A stretch of 64,000 nt of DNA from Candidatus Latescibacterota bacterium (GTDB taxonomy: Bacteria > Latescibacterota > UBA2968), in the NCBI GenBank assembly GCA_965116885.1, contig OZ220741.1:3616001-3680000 (forward strand), given 5' to 3'. Positions 10,352-19,826 of this stretch are shown here, piece by piece (the stretch's first letter is position 1; every line of letters starts with the position of its first letter). A model generated the notes under the pieces. It was not told where the DNA came from and ran no database searches. It saw nothing but the letters and a program-made list of their open reading frames with translations. The position numbers were made by a program, and so were the translations under genes.

Positions 10352-10424
10352 TTTACCCCTCATCCAGATTGCGATCAAAAAAACTCATAATAGCCCTGGA
10401 ATCCGGCCTATCCATATAAGCCAT
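10352..10424. repeat. Repeat A copy (remnant of Ham1-like gene 3' end)
   Basis: 71/73 identical to 2717-2789. Confidence 0.95.
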
Positions 10425-10436
10425 TTCAATGCATTC

Positions 10437-11225
10437 TCAGTCGGCAAAGTCATGGATTCTTTGATATACGCTCAATTTGGCCTGATCTAATTCCTGCCCA
10501 TATTCCTGGAAAAACAAAGGAATCCACTCAATCCCAAGATTTCTGCGAATGGTGTAGTGAACTGCGACAAAATCGAGATACCGATCTCCGATTCCCGCAT
10601 AGCCCAAATCAATGTAGCCACTTAAACGGCCATGGTGGATCATAACGTTGGGTAGGCAATAATCCCCATGGGTGAATACCAGGTCCTCTGGTGGCAGGTC
10701 GGCCCGTATGCTGTCCAGCTCATCTCGGAGAACATTCCTCGTTTCACCATCTGGTATCTGACCGTCCAGTACGCCTGAGTCCATCAAGTCTGTCGCCCAC
10801 GCAAAATAGCGTTCCATGCGCCAATCCAGAGGGCACGAATCGACCGCTATTGCGTGAATTTCGCGAAGACCACGAGCGAACAGGCGTACAAGACGCGGAA
10901 TATCATTTTTGGCATTCTGGTGGATGCCAGATACACCAGCGATTTGGGTCATGAGCAGATACTGAGTATTATCTTCTTCGTGGAAGCAGACCACGCGAGG
11001 AACGTTCAATTTTCCCTAGAGCCAGGACATTGCCGTTTTCTCGGCCAGAAGATCGGATTCTTGTGGTGCCGCATGCGTATCTCGTGCTTTGAGGAACAAA
11101 CTCTGTTTGCGTGGGTGAGTGTACCGGAACACGTCGGCACACGATGCTGTCCGGAGATTTTCCCCATCTGACTTAAAACCCTCAAGATGGGCTTGAACAG
11201 CAGTTGGAAGATTTTCGACTTTCAA
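10437..11225 (-). pseudogene. APH(3')-family aminoglycoside phosphotransferase with in-frame amber stop
   Basis: Two ORFs in the same frame joined as ...MSWL*GKLNVP (TAG at 11016-11018); FTHGDYCLPNV, IDLG and DRYLD motifs intact. Confidence 0.85.
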
Positions 11226-11253
11226 TGCGCAACTCCCGACTAAGCTATTCTCA

Positions 11254-11270
11254 AAATAGAATCTTCTTCA
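11254..11270. repeat. Remnant of Ham1-like gene 5' end
   Basis: AAATAGAATCTTCTTCA, 17/17 identical to 3297-3313. Confidence 0.8.
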
Positions 11271-11380
11271 AGGTTCATGTGGTTTAGACAAATGGAATGG
11301 GGTTTAGGTTTTCTGACCGAGCTATTGAGCAAAGTTAGCAATTCAGAATATTGCTTTTTGTGCGCGATTTAGCGGGTGGG
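11269..11380. repeat. Repeat B copy
   Basis: Aligns to 7608-7719. Confidence 0.95.
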
Positions 11381-11439
11381 CATTTTTTTAGGCCCTGGGG
11401 TGGTGGTTGGGGCTTACAGGACACAAGCCTGAGGATTTT

Positions 11440-12303
11440 TTATTCAAGAATTTTCAGAGATTTTAATAGAGTTTTAGATGTTACTGAATAGCCCTGATGG
11501 GCTTCAATAGTGAGAATTGTAACTCGCGTTTTCCACAGTCCATCCAAAGTTTCAGCCGCTTCATATGTTGTCGTACAGTCGGTTACAACTATAGGCATGT
11601 AACCCAGGCAACTCATATTTCTTATGCCATGGGGCTTATTCATCAAACATTCATCGGTCTCAAAGCCCATGTAGAACAGGACCTTGATACGTTTTTCGGC
11701 AAGTAGCCGATGAAACTGGTCTCCTGAATAAACCAGTAAATCGCCATCCTGGGGTTCAACGGGTTCAGGTATTGATATTTGGTAATAGAGTTTCCCATGA
11801 ATATTCGCCCAATCTTTTATTCGCCAAATCAATTCGCGATGCTGATTTTTCCAACTGTCCACCCACTCTTGAGGAGGCCATTGATTGTTTCGTTCTTCTT
11901 TTAAATTTTCAGAAGAAGCAGAATTCGCAGATAGGCTCTGGCGTTCTTCATCGGTTGTTGACTGATTCCATTGAGGGTAGTTTTTCAGAAAATCTGCTTG
12001 ATTACAGTGAAAAATCTGGAAATCCATATCGCGAAGCGTATTTACTAATGGTCCGACTTTGGTCTCAATAATTCGGCGTTTTCGTTCTGCATGGGAGCGA
12101 CCTCGTTCAAAACTGCGATCACCAAGTTCTTCGTCAAAGGGGCCATCATCCCAGCCAAAATTCCAAAAATCAACCAAAGCAATCCCCACTTCTTTGACGT
12201 CAAAGGTAAATGGAATACTACGCCGACAGAATGTTTTCTCAGTGAAGGGCAATCCATCTTGGGGGCTGCGTGGAGTATATTCAAGATCAATCGTGAAATT
12301 CAT
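11440..12303 (-). CDS. Isochorismatase-like cysteine hydrolase
   Basis: ALVDFWN, YMGFETDECL, VVTDCTT. Confidence 0.7.
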   Translation of the reverse strand: MNFTIDLEYTPRSPQDGLPFTEKTFCRRSIPFTFDVKEVGIALVDFWNFGWDDGPFDEELGDRSFERGRSHAERKRRIIETKVGPLVNTLRDMDFQIFHCNQADFLKNYPQWNQSTTDEERQSLSANSASSENLKEERNNQWPPQEWVDSWKNQHRELIWRIKDWANIHGKLYYQISIPEPVEPQDGDLLVYSGDQFHRLLAEKRIKVLFYMGFETDECLMNKPHGIRNMSCLGYMPIVVTDCTTTYEAAETLDGLWKTRVTILTIEAHQGYSVTSKTLLKSLKILE

Positions 12304-12327
12304 GGTATATCCTTATAGGATTTTCTT

Positions 12328-12424
12328 CATTGTTCAGCCTCATCGGCCTGGAGAGATTCACCCTCTCTGAGTTTATCAATGTATTTCGAGAGCATAGGTT
12401 GCTTCCTACTTACAAAAGAGTAAG
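12328..12424 (-). pseudogene. trpD 5' remnant (repeat C copy)
   Basis: Encodes MLSKYIDKLREGESLQADEAEQ versus MISKCIDKLREGESLQADEAEQ in intact trpD. Confidence 0.9.
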
Positions 12425-12497
12425 TGGATGAGAGACTCTTGCCAATGAACGTGGATTTCTTATTGTGTGTTGCCTCCACTTCACCAACAGAACGCGG

Positions 12498-12944
12498 CTA
12501 AGGTCTCGGCCAAGCCAAGTCAACTGCGAATGCCCCCAGCGGAGTGAGGGGCAAGGACCGGGCTTGACTCTTGGTACACCACTCGCAACGATCAGTCGAG
12601 CCGTTTTGCTCGAATCTGAGATTGAGCGAATCAACAGTCACATTATAGACGATGCCGACATGGTGTACCGAGTCGTCTGTACGCTCCACACTTTTGGTGT
12701 ACGTATGTGAATACACCTCAGCGGCTCTAAAGGTCTCAACGTCCACGATGCCTGTCTCCTCTTCCAACTCGCGAAGCACCGTAGCATCCGGATGCTCCCC
12801 CCACTCAATACCACCACCTGGAATCGTCCATTTCCCTTCGTCCGGTCCGCTCGCCATGCGAACCAAGAGAAGGCGACCTGACGGATCACGGCAGAGCCCA
12901 TAGGCACCCAGGTACACGCGCGGAGTATCGGAGGCTGAAGACAT
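12498..12944 (-). CDS. NUDIX hydrolase
   Basis: GGGIEWGEHPDATVLRELEEETG. Confidence 0.9.
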   Translation of the reverse strand: MSSASDTPRVYLGAYGLCRDPSGRLLLVRMASGPDEGKWTIPGGGIEWGEHPDATVLRELEEETGIVDVETFRAAEVYSHTYTKSVERTDDSVHHVGIVYNVTVDSLNLRFEQNGSTDRCEWCTKSQARSLPLTPLGAFAVDLAWPRP

Positions 12945-12997
12945 TCTGCTTACCTTTCTTGATCAGTTTAGCCACTTTCAGCTTGTTTTTCCATGTC

Positions 12998-13032
12998 GCC
13001 TAACCTCGGGTTTAACGAACCGTTAAGGTAAT
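12998..13032 (-). other. attI-like/recombination-site-like motif, copy 2
   Basis: Ends in GTTAGGC on the minus strand; 13001-13032 is 27/32 identical to 39134-39165. Confidence 0.45.
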
Positions 13033-13045
13033 CTCAGCAGGTCGT

Positions 13046-14038
13046 TTACGTCGCTAAGATATTGTCGATTGTCTGCAGTTCGTCTTCGGTGAAATTCAGG
13101 TTGTCGAGGACACCGAGGCTGTCCTCGATTTGTTCGGGGCGGCTGGCTCCGCAAAGCGCGGTCGTGACCGCCTCTTGACGAAGGACCCAGGCGATGGCCA
13201 TCTGGGCGAGGGTCTGGCCTCGGGCGCAGGCGTGGGCGTTGAGCTTGCTGATTTTGCCGAGGAATTCTTTGTTGAGGCGATTTTTGAGCGGGTGACCCGG
13301 GCGAGCGGCGCGGGAGTCTGCAGGGATGCCGTCCAGGTATTTATCCGTGAGCATGCCGCCGTTGAGGATGGAGAAGGCGATGCAGCCGATGCCTTCCTCC
13401 AGCAGTGTGTCGAAGAGGCCATTGTTTTCGGGTTGTCGGGTAAGCAGATTGTATTTGGGCTGATGGATCAGGCAGGGCGTACCTAAGTCGCGCAGGATAT
13501 GCGCCGCCTCTCTGGTTTTGTCGGGCGGATAATTGGAGATGCCAACATAGAGGGCGCGGCCTGATCGGACGGCGAAATCGAGAGCACCCATGGTTTCTGC
13601 AAGCGGCGTGTCGGGATCGGGGCGATGGTGGTAGAAGATATCGACATAATCTACCCCCAGGCGTTTGAGGCTTTGATCGAGGCTGGCAACGAGGTATTTC
13701 CGCGAGCCAAAATTGCCATAGGGTCCGGGCCACATATCAAATCCGGCCTTGGTGGAGATGATCAGTTCGTCCCGGTAGGGCGTCAGGTCGAGCTGGAGGA
13801 TGCGGCCGAGGGTCTCTTCGGCAGAGCCATAGGGCGGTCCATAGTTGTTGGCCAGATCCAGGTGTGTGATGCCGTGGTCGAAGGCGGTGCGCACAATAGC
13901 ACGCCCGGTTTCAAACACATCGATGCCGCCAAAATTATGCCACAGGCCGAGAGAGAGTAGGGGGAGTTGAATACCGCTGTTGCCGCACCGTCTATATGTC
14001 ATGCTGTCGTAACGCGATTGGGACGGGAAGTCGGACAT
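13046..14038 (-). CDS. mgrA: Aldo-keto reductase, L-glyceraldehyde 3-phosphate reductase (YghZ/MgrA type)
   Basis: SLGLWHNFG, DLANNYGPPYGSAEE, ISTKAG, GSRKYL. Confidence 0.88.
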   Translation of the reverse strand: MSDFPSQSRYDSMTYRRCGNSGIQLPLLSLGLWHNFGGIDVFETGRAIVRTAFDHGITHLDLANNYGPPYGSAEETLGRILQLDLTPYRDELIISTKAGFDMWPGPYGNFGSRKYLVASLDQSLKRLGVDYVDIFYHHRPDPDTPLAETMGALDFAVRSGRALYVGISNYPPDKTREAAHILRDLGTPCLIHQPKYNLLTRQPENNGLFDTLLEEGIGCIAFSILNGGMLTDKYLDGIPADSRAARPGHPLKNRLNKEFLGKISKLNAHACARGQTLAQMAIAWVLRQEAVTTALCGASRPEQIEDSLGVLDNLNFTEDELQTIDNILAT

Positions 14039-14067
14039 GAAGGCTCCTTAGTTATAGAATCGTTTGT

Positions 14068-14820
14068 TCACTCCTCATCGAGTATCTTGAAATGTCTGTA
14101 AAAGTGCTGAATGCCGCATTCAGGCCGCATAACCTCGTAGGTAAAGCAACGTTCGCATTCTTCAGGTGAGTCGGCTATGGCGATTGCAGTTTGGAACCGG
14201 GTAATCGCCTCAATATCCGGGCGGAACCCGCCGCGCAGAAATTGACCCCACAGTGCCCAGAACTCAAGCTCATATCCAACAGGCTTGGCCGAAGCGAGGT
14301 ACTCCGGTGGAAACAGACGGCGATAGGCATCGATGTTGTAGAGCCACGAGCCTCCACGCACAGTCTCTGCCTCCGTATGCTTCTCCCTTACGTCTCGAAG
14401 AAGACAGGTTAGTTCACGACGTCTGACACCGACACGTTCAAGGCTCAGAGCACCCTTCCCAGAAGTGTCGGCGTTGCGAAAGTGAAGACGGACCCTGGGT
14501 TCATTCCGGAAGGGATAGCTGTACCAGAAGCACCCAAAGCCGTCCAGGACATTGATTGGCGGTTCGTCTTTCTCGCGTTCGAGATAGTGGTCATAGGCCC
14601 AGCGATCCGGCGCACTCGCATTTCGTAGCCCTCTCAAAAAGCTCTGCCAGGCCTCACTTTCTTGCGCGGTCTCCTTCGTGACTCGAATGTTCAAAAGTGT
14701 CCGAAGCATTGTGCAGTCAATCAGGGTGTCTTCCAGGGGGCTGTGAGACAATTCGGACATACGTCTGGCAAAGGCCAGCTGGACCGAGATGAATTCATAT
14801 GGTAGGTCGAGTTTGGGCAT
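14068..14820 (-). CDS. Hypothetical protein
   Basis: 250-aa ORF with RLHF, GGSWLYN and WGQF motifs; directly follows an attC-like site. Confidence 0.75.
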   Translation of the reverse strand: MPKLDLPYEFISVQLAFARRMSELSHSPLEDTLIDCTMLRTLLNIRVTKETAQESEAWQSFLRGLRNASAPDRWAYDHYLEREKDEPPINVLDGFGCFWYSYPFRNEPRVRLHFRNADTSGKGALSLERVGVRRRELTCLLRDVREKHTEAETVRGGSWLYNIDAYRRLFPPEYLASAKPVGYELEFWALWGQFLRGGFRPDIEAITRFQTAIAIADSPEECERCFTYEVMRPECGIQHFYRHFKILDEE

Positions 14821-14850
14821 TCACTATGTACCTGAAAATATCGGGATAGC

Positions 14851-14906
14851 ACTTAACGTGTTAGTGCCCCCGAACCGCACAGCAGTTGGGGGGCACTGTG
14901 TTAGCA
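14851..14906 (-). other. attC-like site
   Basis: ACTTAAC...GTTAGCA ends; internal inverted repeat AGTGCCCCCGAAC/GTTGGGGGGCACT; downstream of higA. Confidence 0.6.
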
Positions 14907-14929
14907 GACGTTGTCCTTCAAGGAACGAG

Positions 14930-15238
14930 TTACCCATCTCTATCCAGGTGCGGTCGCACCTCTCGCTCCAGGCGGTCCGATAGCTCGTCCTCTGCTACAT
15001 CCAGGGCATAGTCCATCTGAATGCCCATCCAGAATTTGGGTGACATGTTGAAGTAGCGAGCGAGTCTCAGGGCCGTATCAGCAGTAATGCCTCGTTTTCC
15101 CAACACAATCTCGTTTATACGTCGGGGCGCCACCCCGATGGAAAGCGCGAGGTGATTTTGACTCAGGTTCATCGGCTTGAGGAACTCTTCCAGCAACACT
15201 TCCCCGGGATGAATAGGAGCCAATTTCTGAGCACACAT
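14930..15238 (-). CDS. higA: HigA antitoxin
   Basis: [37 protein letters not shown]. Confidence 0.95.
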   Translation of the reverse strand: MCAQKLAPIHPGEVLLEEFLKPMNLSQNHLALSIGVAPRRINEIVLGKRGITADTALRLARYFNMSPKFWMGIQMDYALDVAEDELSDRLEREVRPHLDRDG

Positions 15239-15250
15239 AGGTCTATCTCC

Positions 15251-15532
15251 TTAGTGATAATCTACAATCTCAACGTTATAGGCATCCCCATTTTGCCAGG
15301 TAAAACAGATTCGCCATTGGTCGTTGATTCGAATGCTGTACTGGCCGATCCGATTGCCACGAAGTTTCTCGAGGCGATTAGCTGGTGGCATCCGAAGATC
15401 AGCCAGTGTCGTTGAACGATTGATCATGCGAAGCTTGCGAAGGGCGGTCTGTTGAATATCGCTGGGTAGCTTTCTGGATCGGATGCGTTGGAATATCCGT
15501 CGGGTTTCTCGATCTTTGAAGGATCGTATCAT
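15251..15532 (-). CDS. higB: HigB toxin (RelE superfamily)
   Basis: MIRSFKD...PPANRLEKL.G...YSIRINDQWRICF...EIVDYH. Confidence 0.95.
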   Translation of the reverse strand: MIRSFKDRETRRIFQRIRSRKLPSDIQQTALRKLRMINRSTTLADLRMPPANRLEKLRGNRIGQYSIRINDQWRICFTWQNGDAYNVEIVDYH

Positions 15533-15540
15533 ACATACAC

Positions 15541-15577
15541 AATATATAACGTTATGCATTAAACGACAAGCGTTATA
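15541..15577 (-). promoter_or_regulatory. higBA promoter with palindromic operator
   Basis: TTGTCG-17 nt-TATATT on the minus strand; TAACGTTA palindrome in the spacer and a TATAACG/CGTTATA inverted repeat. Confidence 0.7.
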
Positions 15578-15693
15578 CTGGATGGAAATGCAACCTATGG
15601 CGAAATTTGCTATAGAGCGGTTCTTGCGCGCTTTCAGTTTTTGCCGCTTGCGGTTAACCTCCTCGAAATTTGCGATGGTATTGGGACCTGTCC

Positions 15694-16584
15694 TCACCGC
15701 ACCTGCCCCATAGGCCATTCCGAGGTCGGCCTACCTTCCCAGGTTGATCGCCGAAAGAATCGCCCGCCTGGGGGACGACTAAACCAGCTACTAATTGCGA
15801 TTCCCCAAAAGTGCTCAAAGGATCTGTCTTTTAGATTCGCGTCACAGTATGCGTAGTGCGACAAGACCTCGTCGAGAAATGACTCTCCGTATATCCAGAA
15901 CCCATAGAAATCCTTAGCGGGATCCGTGATTTCGATGTCCCCCCAGTCTATGATCCCAGTAAGTCTTCCGGTCAAGGGGTCATGATAGATGTGTTTGTAC
16001 CAGAGGTCGTTATGAGCCAGCACAGGTTCGTATGAATGATCGATGCTTTCACTTCTTTCGATCCATGCTTCGAAAACATCGCGGACCTCACATTGAAGCT
16101 CGTCTGTCCGTTCAGCGAATAACTCCTTCCACATCCTGCGACGCCTAACCGATGCGTCACCTTCTTCTACGCCGAGGCTTCGTGCCTTCGCGACCGGGTA
16201 GCTGTGGAGTTCGCAGATGAAAATACCCAGCCTCTGAGCGGCCTCGCTGCGGTTCGCCTTGGAAAGTCTCCAAAACCGCCACGGCGAAAGTCGAGTCCCC
16301 GAAATTGTGTGGTATCCCGCAAAATCTGACGCCTTCGGCACGAATGCATAGTCGGGAATGGGAATGGCCTTCAGCCTGCTTCTAAGGGCATCCAGGACGA
16401 TCCGCTCCCTCGTCAGATTCGTATCCTCATCATTCTCGAACCGGAAAGCGATGCCATTGTCCAACAGAATCATTACATGATCGGGATCGGCAATAGTCTG
16501 AACTCTTCGGTAATTTGTCCACATGAGATCTGGAAAGGCATCTCTGATTCTCTCCAGGTAGTAGCTGGAAGCCAATGGGGGCAT
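15694..16584 (-). CDS. APH-family phosphotransferase (APH(2'')-like)
   Basis: AHNDLWYKHI, GIIDWGD, DPAKDF; start uncertain (frame open to 16686). Confidence 0.8.
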   Translation of the reverse strand: MPPLASSYYLERIRDAFPDLMWTNYRRVQTIADPDHVMILLDNGIAFRFENDEDTNLTRERIVLDALRSRLKAIPIPDYAFVPKASDFAGYHTISGTRLSPWRFWRLSKANRSEAAQRLGIFICELHSYPVAKARSLGVEEGDASVRRRRMWKELFAERTDELQCEVRDVFEAWIERSESIDHSYEPVLAHNDLWYKHIYHDPLTGRLTGIIDWGDIEITDPAKDFYGFWIYGESFLDEVLSHYAYCDANLKDRSFEHFWGIAISSWFSRPPGGRFFRRSTWEGRPTSEWPMGQVR

Positions 16585-16745
16585 AGGGACCTGCCAAAGA
16601 GGATTAACTGCCGCGATTTCCTCTAACTGTTGGGGTTGCTGACGGGCTTGCAGCCTATCAGACAATTCATCAATAAAAAAAGACAATCACAGCCATTTAG
16701 GAGTTGGTATGTAGAGGAAGCCTCAGATTTCCTTTAGTGCTTGCA

Positions 16746-17381
16746 TTACTTTGGTAATCGGTTCTTCGTTTTTGCGTTTGACGTAATTTGATTGATTTGT
16801 TCTTGGATATCGATTTCTGGCGTATAGTGAATACTATGTATGCCAACTTGCTCAGCACCTTGCACATTGTTAATTCTGTCATCCACAAAAATGGCTTCTT
16901 CAGCAGTCACTTCCAAACGGGATAGCATACGCTGAAAAATCTTTGGGTCAGGTTTACGCAAACCTTCTTCAGCTGAGAACATTATCGCGTCAAAAAGGTC
17001 ATCGTGAATCTCTTCCTGTACAATTTTGCGTGTCGTGATCCAAGCATCACTGAGTACGCCGAGTTTATATTTACCTTTTAATGAGGTAATATAGTCTAAC
17101 AGATCATAATTCCAGATGGGTTCGCCCCAGAAATCCTCACCTAATTTCTGTGCTTCATCATTTGATATATTCAGTTCACCTCCAATAACTTTCCATAACT
17201 TTTCTGGATGTTCTTCTCCCACGAAAAGTTTCGGCGTTAGAGGGTGATAGAATACCATTTGGGCCAGTTCAGCTATTGACATACCAATTTGAGGAATTTG
17301 AGTGTCGTCCACTGTTAGGTTTTCTTCTATCAGTACTCCACCCATATCCCAGATGATGGCTTTGATCACTTCACTACTCAT
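16746..17381 (-). CDS. HAD-family phosphatase
   Basis: WDMGGVL, RKPDP, FVDD. Confidence 0.88.
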   Translation of the reverse strand: MSSEVIKAIIWDMGGVLIEENLTVDDTQIPQIGMSIAELAQMVFYHPLTPKLFVGEEHPEKLWKVIGGELNISNDEAQKLGEDFWGEPIWNYDLLDYITSLKGKYKLGVLSDAWITTRKIVQEEIHDDLFDAIMFSAEEGLRKPDPKIFQRMLSRLEVTAEEAIFVDDRINNVQGAEQVGIHSIHYTPEIDIQEQINQITSNAKTKNRLPK

Positions 17382-17820
17382 TGAGTAGCGCCAGATGAAA
17401 GCCATGCCAGTCGTCGAGATCGTTGAGGTCGGTACCGAGCCACTCTTTGTCAGACTGGGGCAACCCAAGGATCTCAAGCATTTCGCTTCGGCCAGGCTCT
17501 GGCTTGGGGAACGAGAGGATGCGCTCGTTGAATTGGTCAATCGCCTCCGGCGTCAGGCTTTCCGGTTTCGCATTTTCCTTTACCCAGGCCTCGAATGCCA
17601 GGTAGCTCGGTTGCGACGCGCTTACGAAAGCGACAGCGGCGGTCGAATCAATTCCCAGAGCGTCGAGCAGCAGGCCATCAAACCCGCCTTCGCCCGCTCT
17701 GTATTCATCTGCCAACTTGTCCTTTGCCGACAGACGCATTTTCAACCATAGCCTCGGAAGGTGAACCAATCCCAACGGGCCTTTTGTCCGGGTGCTGATG
17801 AGAGGAACATGTGTCTCCAT
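17374..17820 (-). CDS. DUF5069-like protein
   Basis: VPLIS...GPLGLVHLPRLWLK...DLDDW. Confidence 0.7.
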   Translation of the reverse strand: METHVPLISTRTKGPLGLVHLPRLWLKMRLSAKDKLADEYRAGEGGFDGLLLDALGIDSTAAVAFVSASQPSYLAFEAWVKENAKPESLTPEAIDQFNERILSFPKPEPGRSEMLEILGLPQSDKEWLGTDLNDLDDWHGFHLALLNE

Positions 17821-17913
17821 TGCGAGTCTCCTTATTAGTGATTATTGTGCATGGTTTGCGGGGGTGGAATGATTGGGTAATCCAACGCTACTTTCGTGTT
17901 TCGATTGGACCTT

Positions 17914-18408
17914 TTACACAAAATCAGAGGAAAGGGATCCCAAAAATCCAACTCGCTTTTCAGGATCCCGGTACTGAATCAGTTCGTAGTGCCCAATCAT
18001 AAATCCTTGTGCTTCCCAGAATTTCAAGGCTTCTGGATTGTCCCGTCGGACATTTAAATCGATCCTATCAATTCCCAGGCTATCGGTAATTTCTATGGTT
18101 GATTTCACCAGGAACGTCCCAATGCCCCTCCTGCGCTTGGCAGGAACAACGTAGAAGTCGTTTATCTCTGCCCTGGTGCCAGAGATGGAGAATGAAATAA
18201 ATCCCACTGGGGATCCTTCGCTTAGCCCCCAAAATACCCTTGGTTCAGTGCTGGACAGGGGAAAACGATCTGCGAAATACGAATCCCGACTATCAGATGT
18301 ACATACCGTATCGGCATGTGGCATGATCTCCAGCCAGTAAGCTTCGACGAATGGACGAAATCGGTTCTGGTCGGCTGGAATTACCCGTTTGAAATTGATG
18401 CGTTCCAT
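17914..18408 (-). CDS. GNAT N-acetyltransferase
   Basis: FYVVPAKRRRGIG, NPEALKFW. Confidence 0.88.
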   Translation of the reverse strand: MERINFKRVIPADQNRFRPFVEAYWLEIMPHADTVCTSDSRDSYFADRFPLSSTEPRVFWGLSEGSPVGFISFSISGTRAEINDFYVVPAKRRRGIGTFLVKSTIEITDSLGIDRIDLNVRRDNPEALKFWEAQGFMIGHYELIQYRDPEKRVGFLGSLSSDFV

Positions 18409-18467
18409 AATAAATCAGACTCGTCTATGCCCTGCTGTTAGATGAAGTGCGATCTATCGCTTCCTTA

Positions 18468-19781
18468 TCAGGCATTAAAATAACTGAGTCGATCGCCTTC
18501 TGCTTCCCAGAGTTCTTCAAACATTTTTCGGATGTCGGGTAAAGATACGACGGATGCCGTAAGTGGGTCCAATGCACAAGCATGGAATGCCGCTTCTTTA
18601 TCTTTTTCCATTGCAGCTTTGACGGAGAGTTCTTGTACGGCGATGTTGGTCATGTTTAATGCGGCGCACTGAGGCGGGAGTTCACCAACGTAACAGGGAT
18701 GAATGCCTTCTCTATCGACCATGCAGGGTACTTCAACACAGCATTCGTCGGGAAGATTGGTGATAGATCCGTTGTTCATGACGTTGCCGTTGAAGACAAA
18801 TGGGACACCTGTGATTTTTGCTTCTATGATTGAAGAAGCGTATTCGTGGGATGCTTGTAGTTTTGGGACTTCGGCTTCGGTATCGTCATCTGTGATGCCT
18901 GTGTCTTTCATCCAGGACCGTTTGCGGCTTTCGGGCAATTCCATGAAGACGGGATCGCGTTCTGGCAGGTTGTAGATGTCCCGCAATTCCCGAGTGCGCT
19001 GGAAGTAGGGGAGGTATTCTGAATTGTGTCGGGTGCTTTCAGTGACAAAATAGCCAAATTGCTTCATTAACTCGACCCGCACCAGGTCGTCTTTGAAACT
19101 GGGATGGGTGTCAACGGCTTTGAAGATGCGAGGGTAGAGGTCTTCGCCGTCTTTGTTGAATTTTAGAATCCAGGCCTGGTGGTTAATCCCCGCAACGAGG
19201 TAACTCACATCTTCGTAGGGAACGTCAATGCCATTTGCCAGTTTTTTTGTCGTGCCCTGTACGCTGTGGCAGAGGCCGACGTTTTGGATGGATGAACCGA
19301 TAGAATGCATCCAGGTGAGCATGGCCATGGGGTTGGTATAATTTAACATGAGTGCATCGGGGCAGTGTTTTTCCATGCTTTTGCAAAATGATAGGTGCTC
19401 GTGTGCGGTGCGAAGATAACGGAACACACCTCCTACGCCTACTGTGTCGGCGACAGTTTGGTTAATGCCGTACTTCTTGGGGATGTTGATTTCAGATGCG
19501 TAAGGTTCGCCCCAGTAGGCTGCGCCTCCAATGGATACGGCAGTGACGACAAAATCTGCGCCGGGCAATAATTCTTCGCGATCCGTGCTGGCGATGCATT
19601 TGCCAGGGAGTCCATGGCCGTCAATGGCGCGGTTCACGTAATCGTGTACCTGAGTCAATCGCTCTTCGTTGATATCGCAGAGTGCGATTGTGGAATCGTT
19701 TAATAATTCACGAGATAAAATATCGATGGACAGTCGGCTTCCGAATCCACTGCCAGCACCAATGATTACAATTTTTGTCAT
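18468..19781 (-). CDS. melA: Glycoside hydrolase family 4 (alpha-galactosidase type)
   Basis: IIGAGS, NYTNPM, GLCHSV, GINHQAW, VEVPC. Confidence 0.85.
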   Translation of the reverse strand: MTKIVIIGAGSGFGSRLSIDILSRELLNDSTIALCDINEERLTQVHDYVNRAIDGHGLPGKCIASTDREELLPGADFVVTAVSIGGAAYWGEPYASEINIPKKYGINQTVADTVGVGGVFRYLRTAHEHLSFCKSMEKHCPDALMLNYTNPMAMLTWMHSIGSSIQNVGLCHSVQGTTKKLANGIDVPYEDVSYLVAGINHQAWILKFNKDGEDLYPRIFKAVDTHPSFKDDLVRVELMKQFGYFVTESTRHNSEYLPYFQRTRELRDIYNLPERDPVFMELPESRKRSWMKDTGITDDDTEAEVPKLQASHEYASSIIEAKITGVPFVFNGNVMNNGSITNLPDECCVEVPCMVDREGIHPCYVGELPPQCAALNMTNIAVQELSVKAAMEKDKEAAFHACALDPLTASVVSLPDIRKMFEELWEAEGDRLSYFNA

Positions 19782-19826
19782 TAAAACCTCCAGTATTAAA
19801 GGGTAATGAAATCAGCGAGTGAGGAA

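Noticed and set aside
2717..12424. Repeat pairs as DGR template/variable repeats
   Set aside because: Mismatches are not adenine-specific and include indels, and no reverse transcriptase is in the window.
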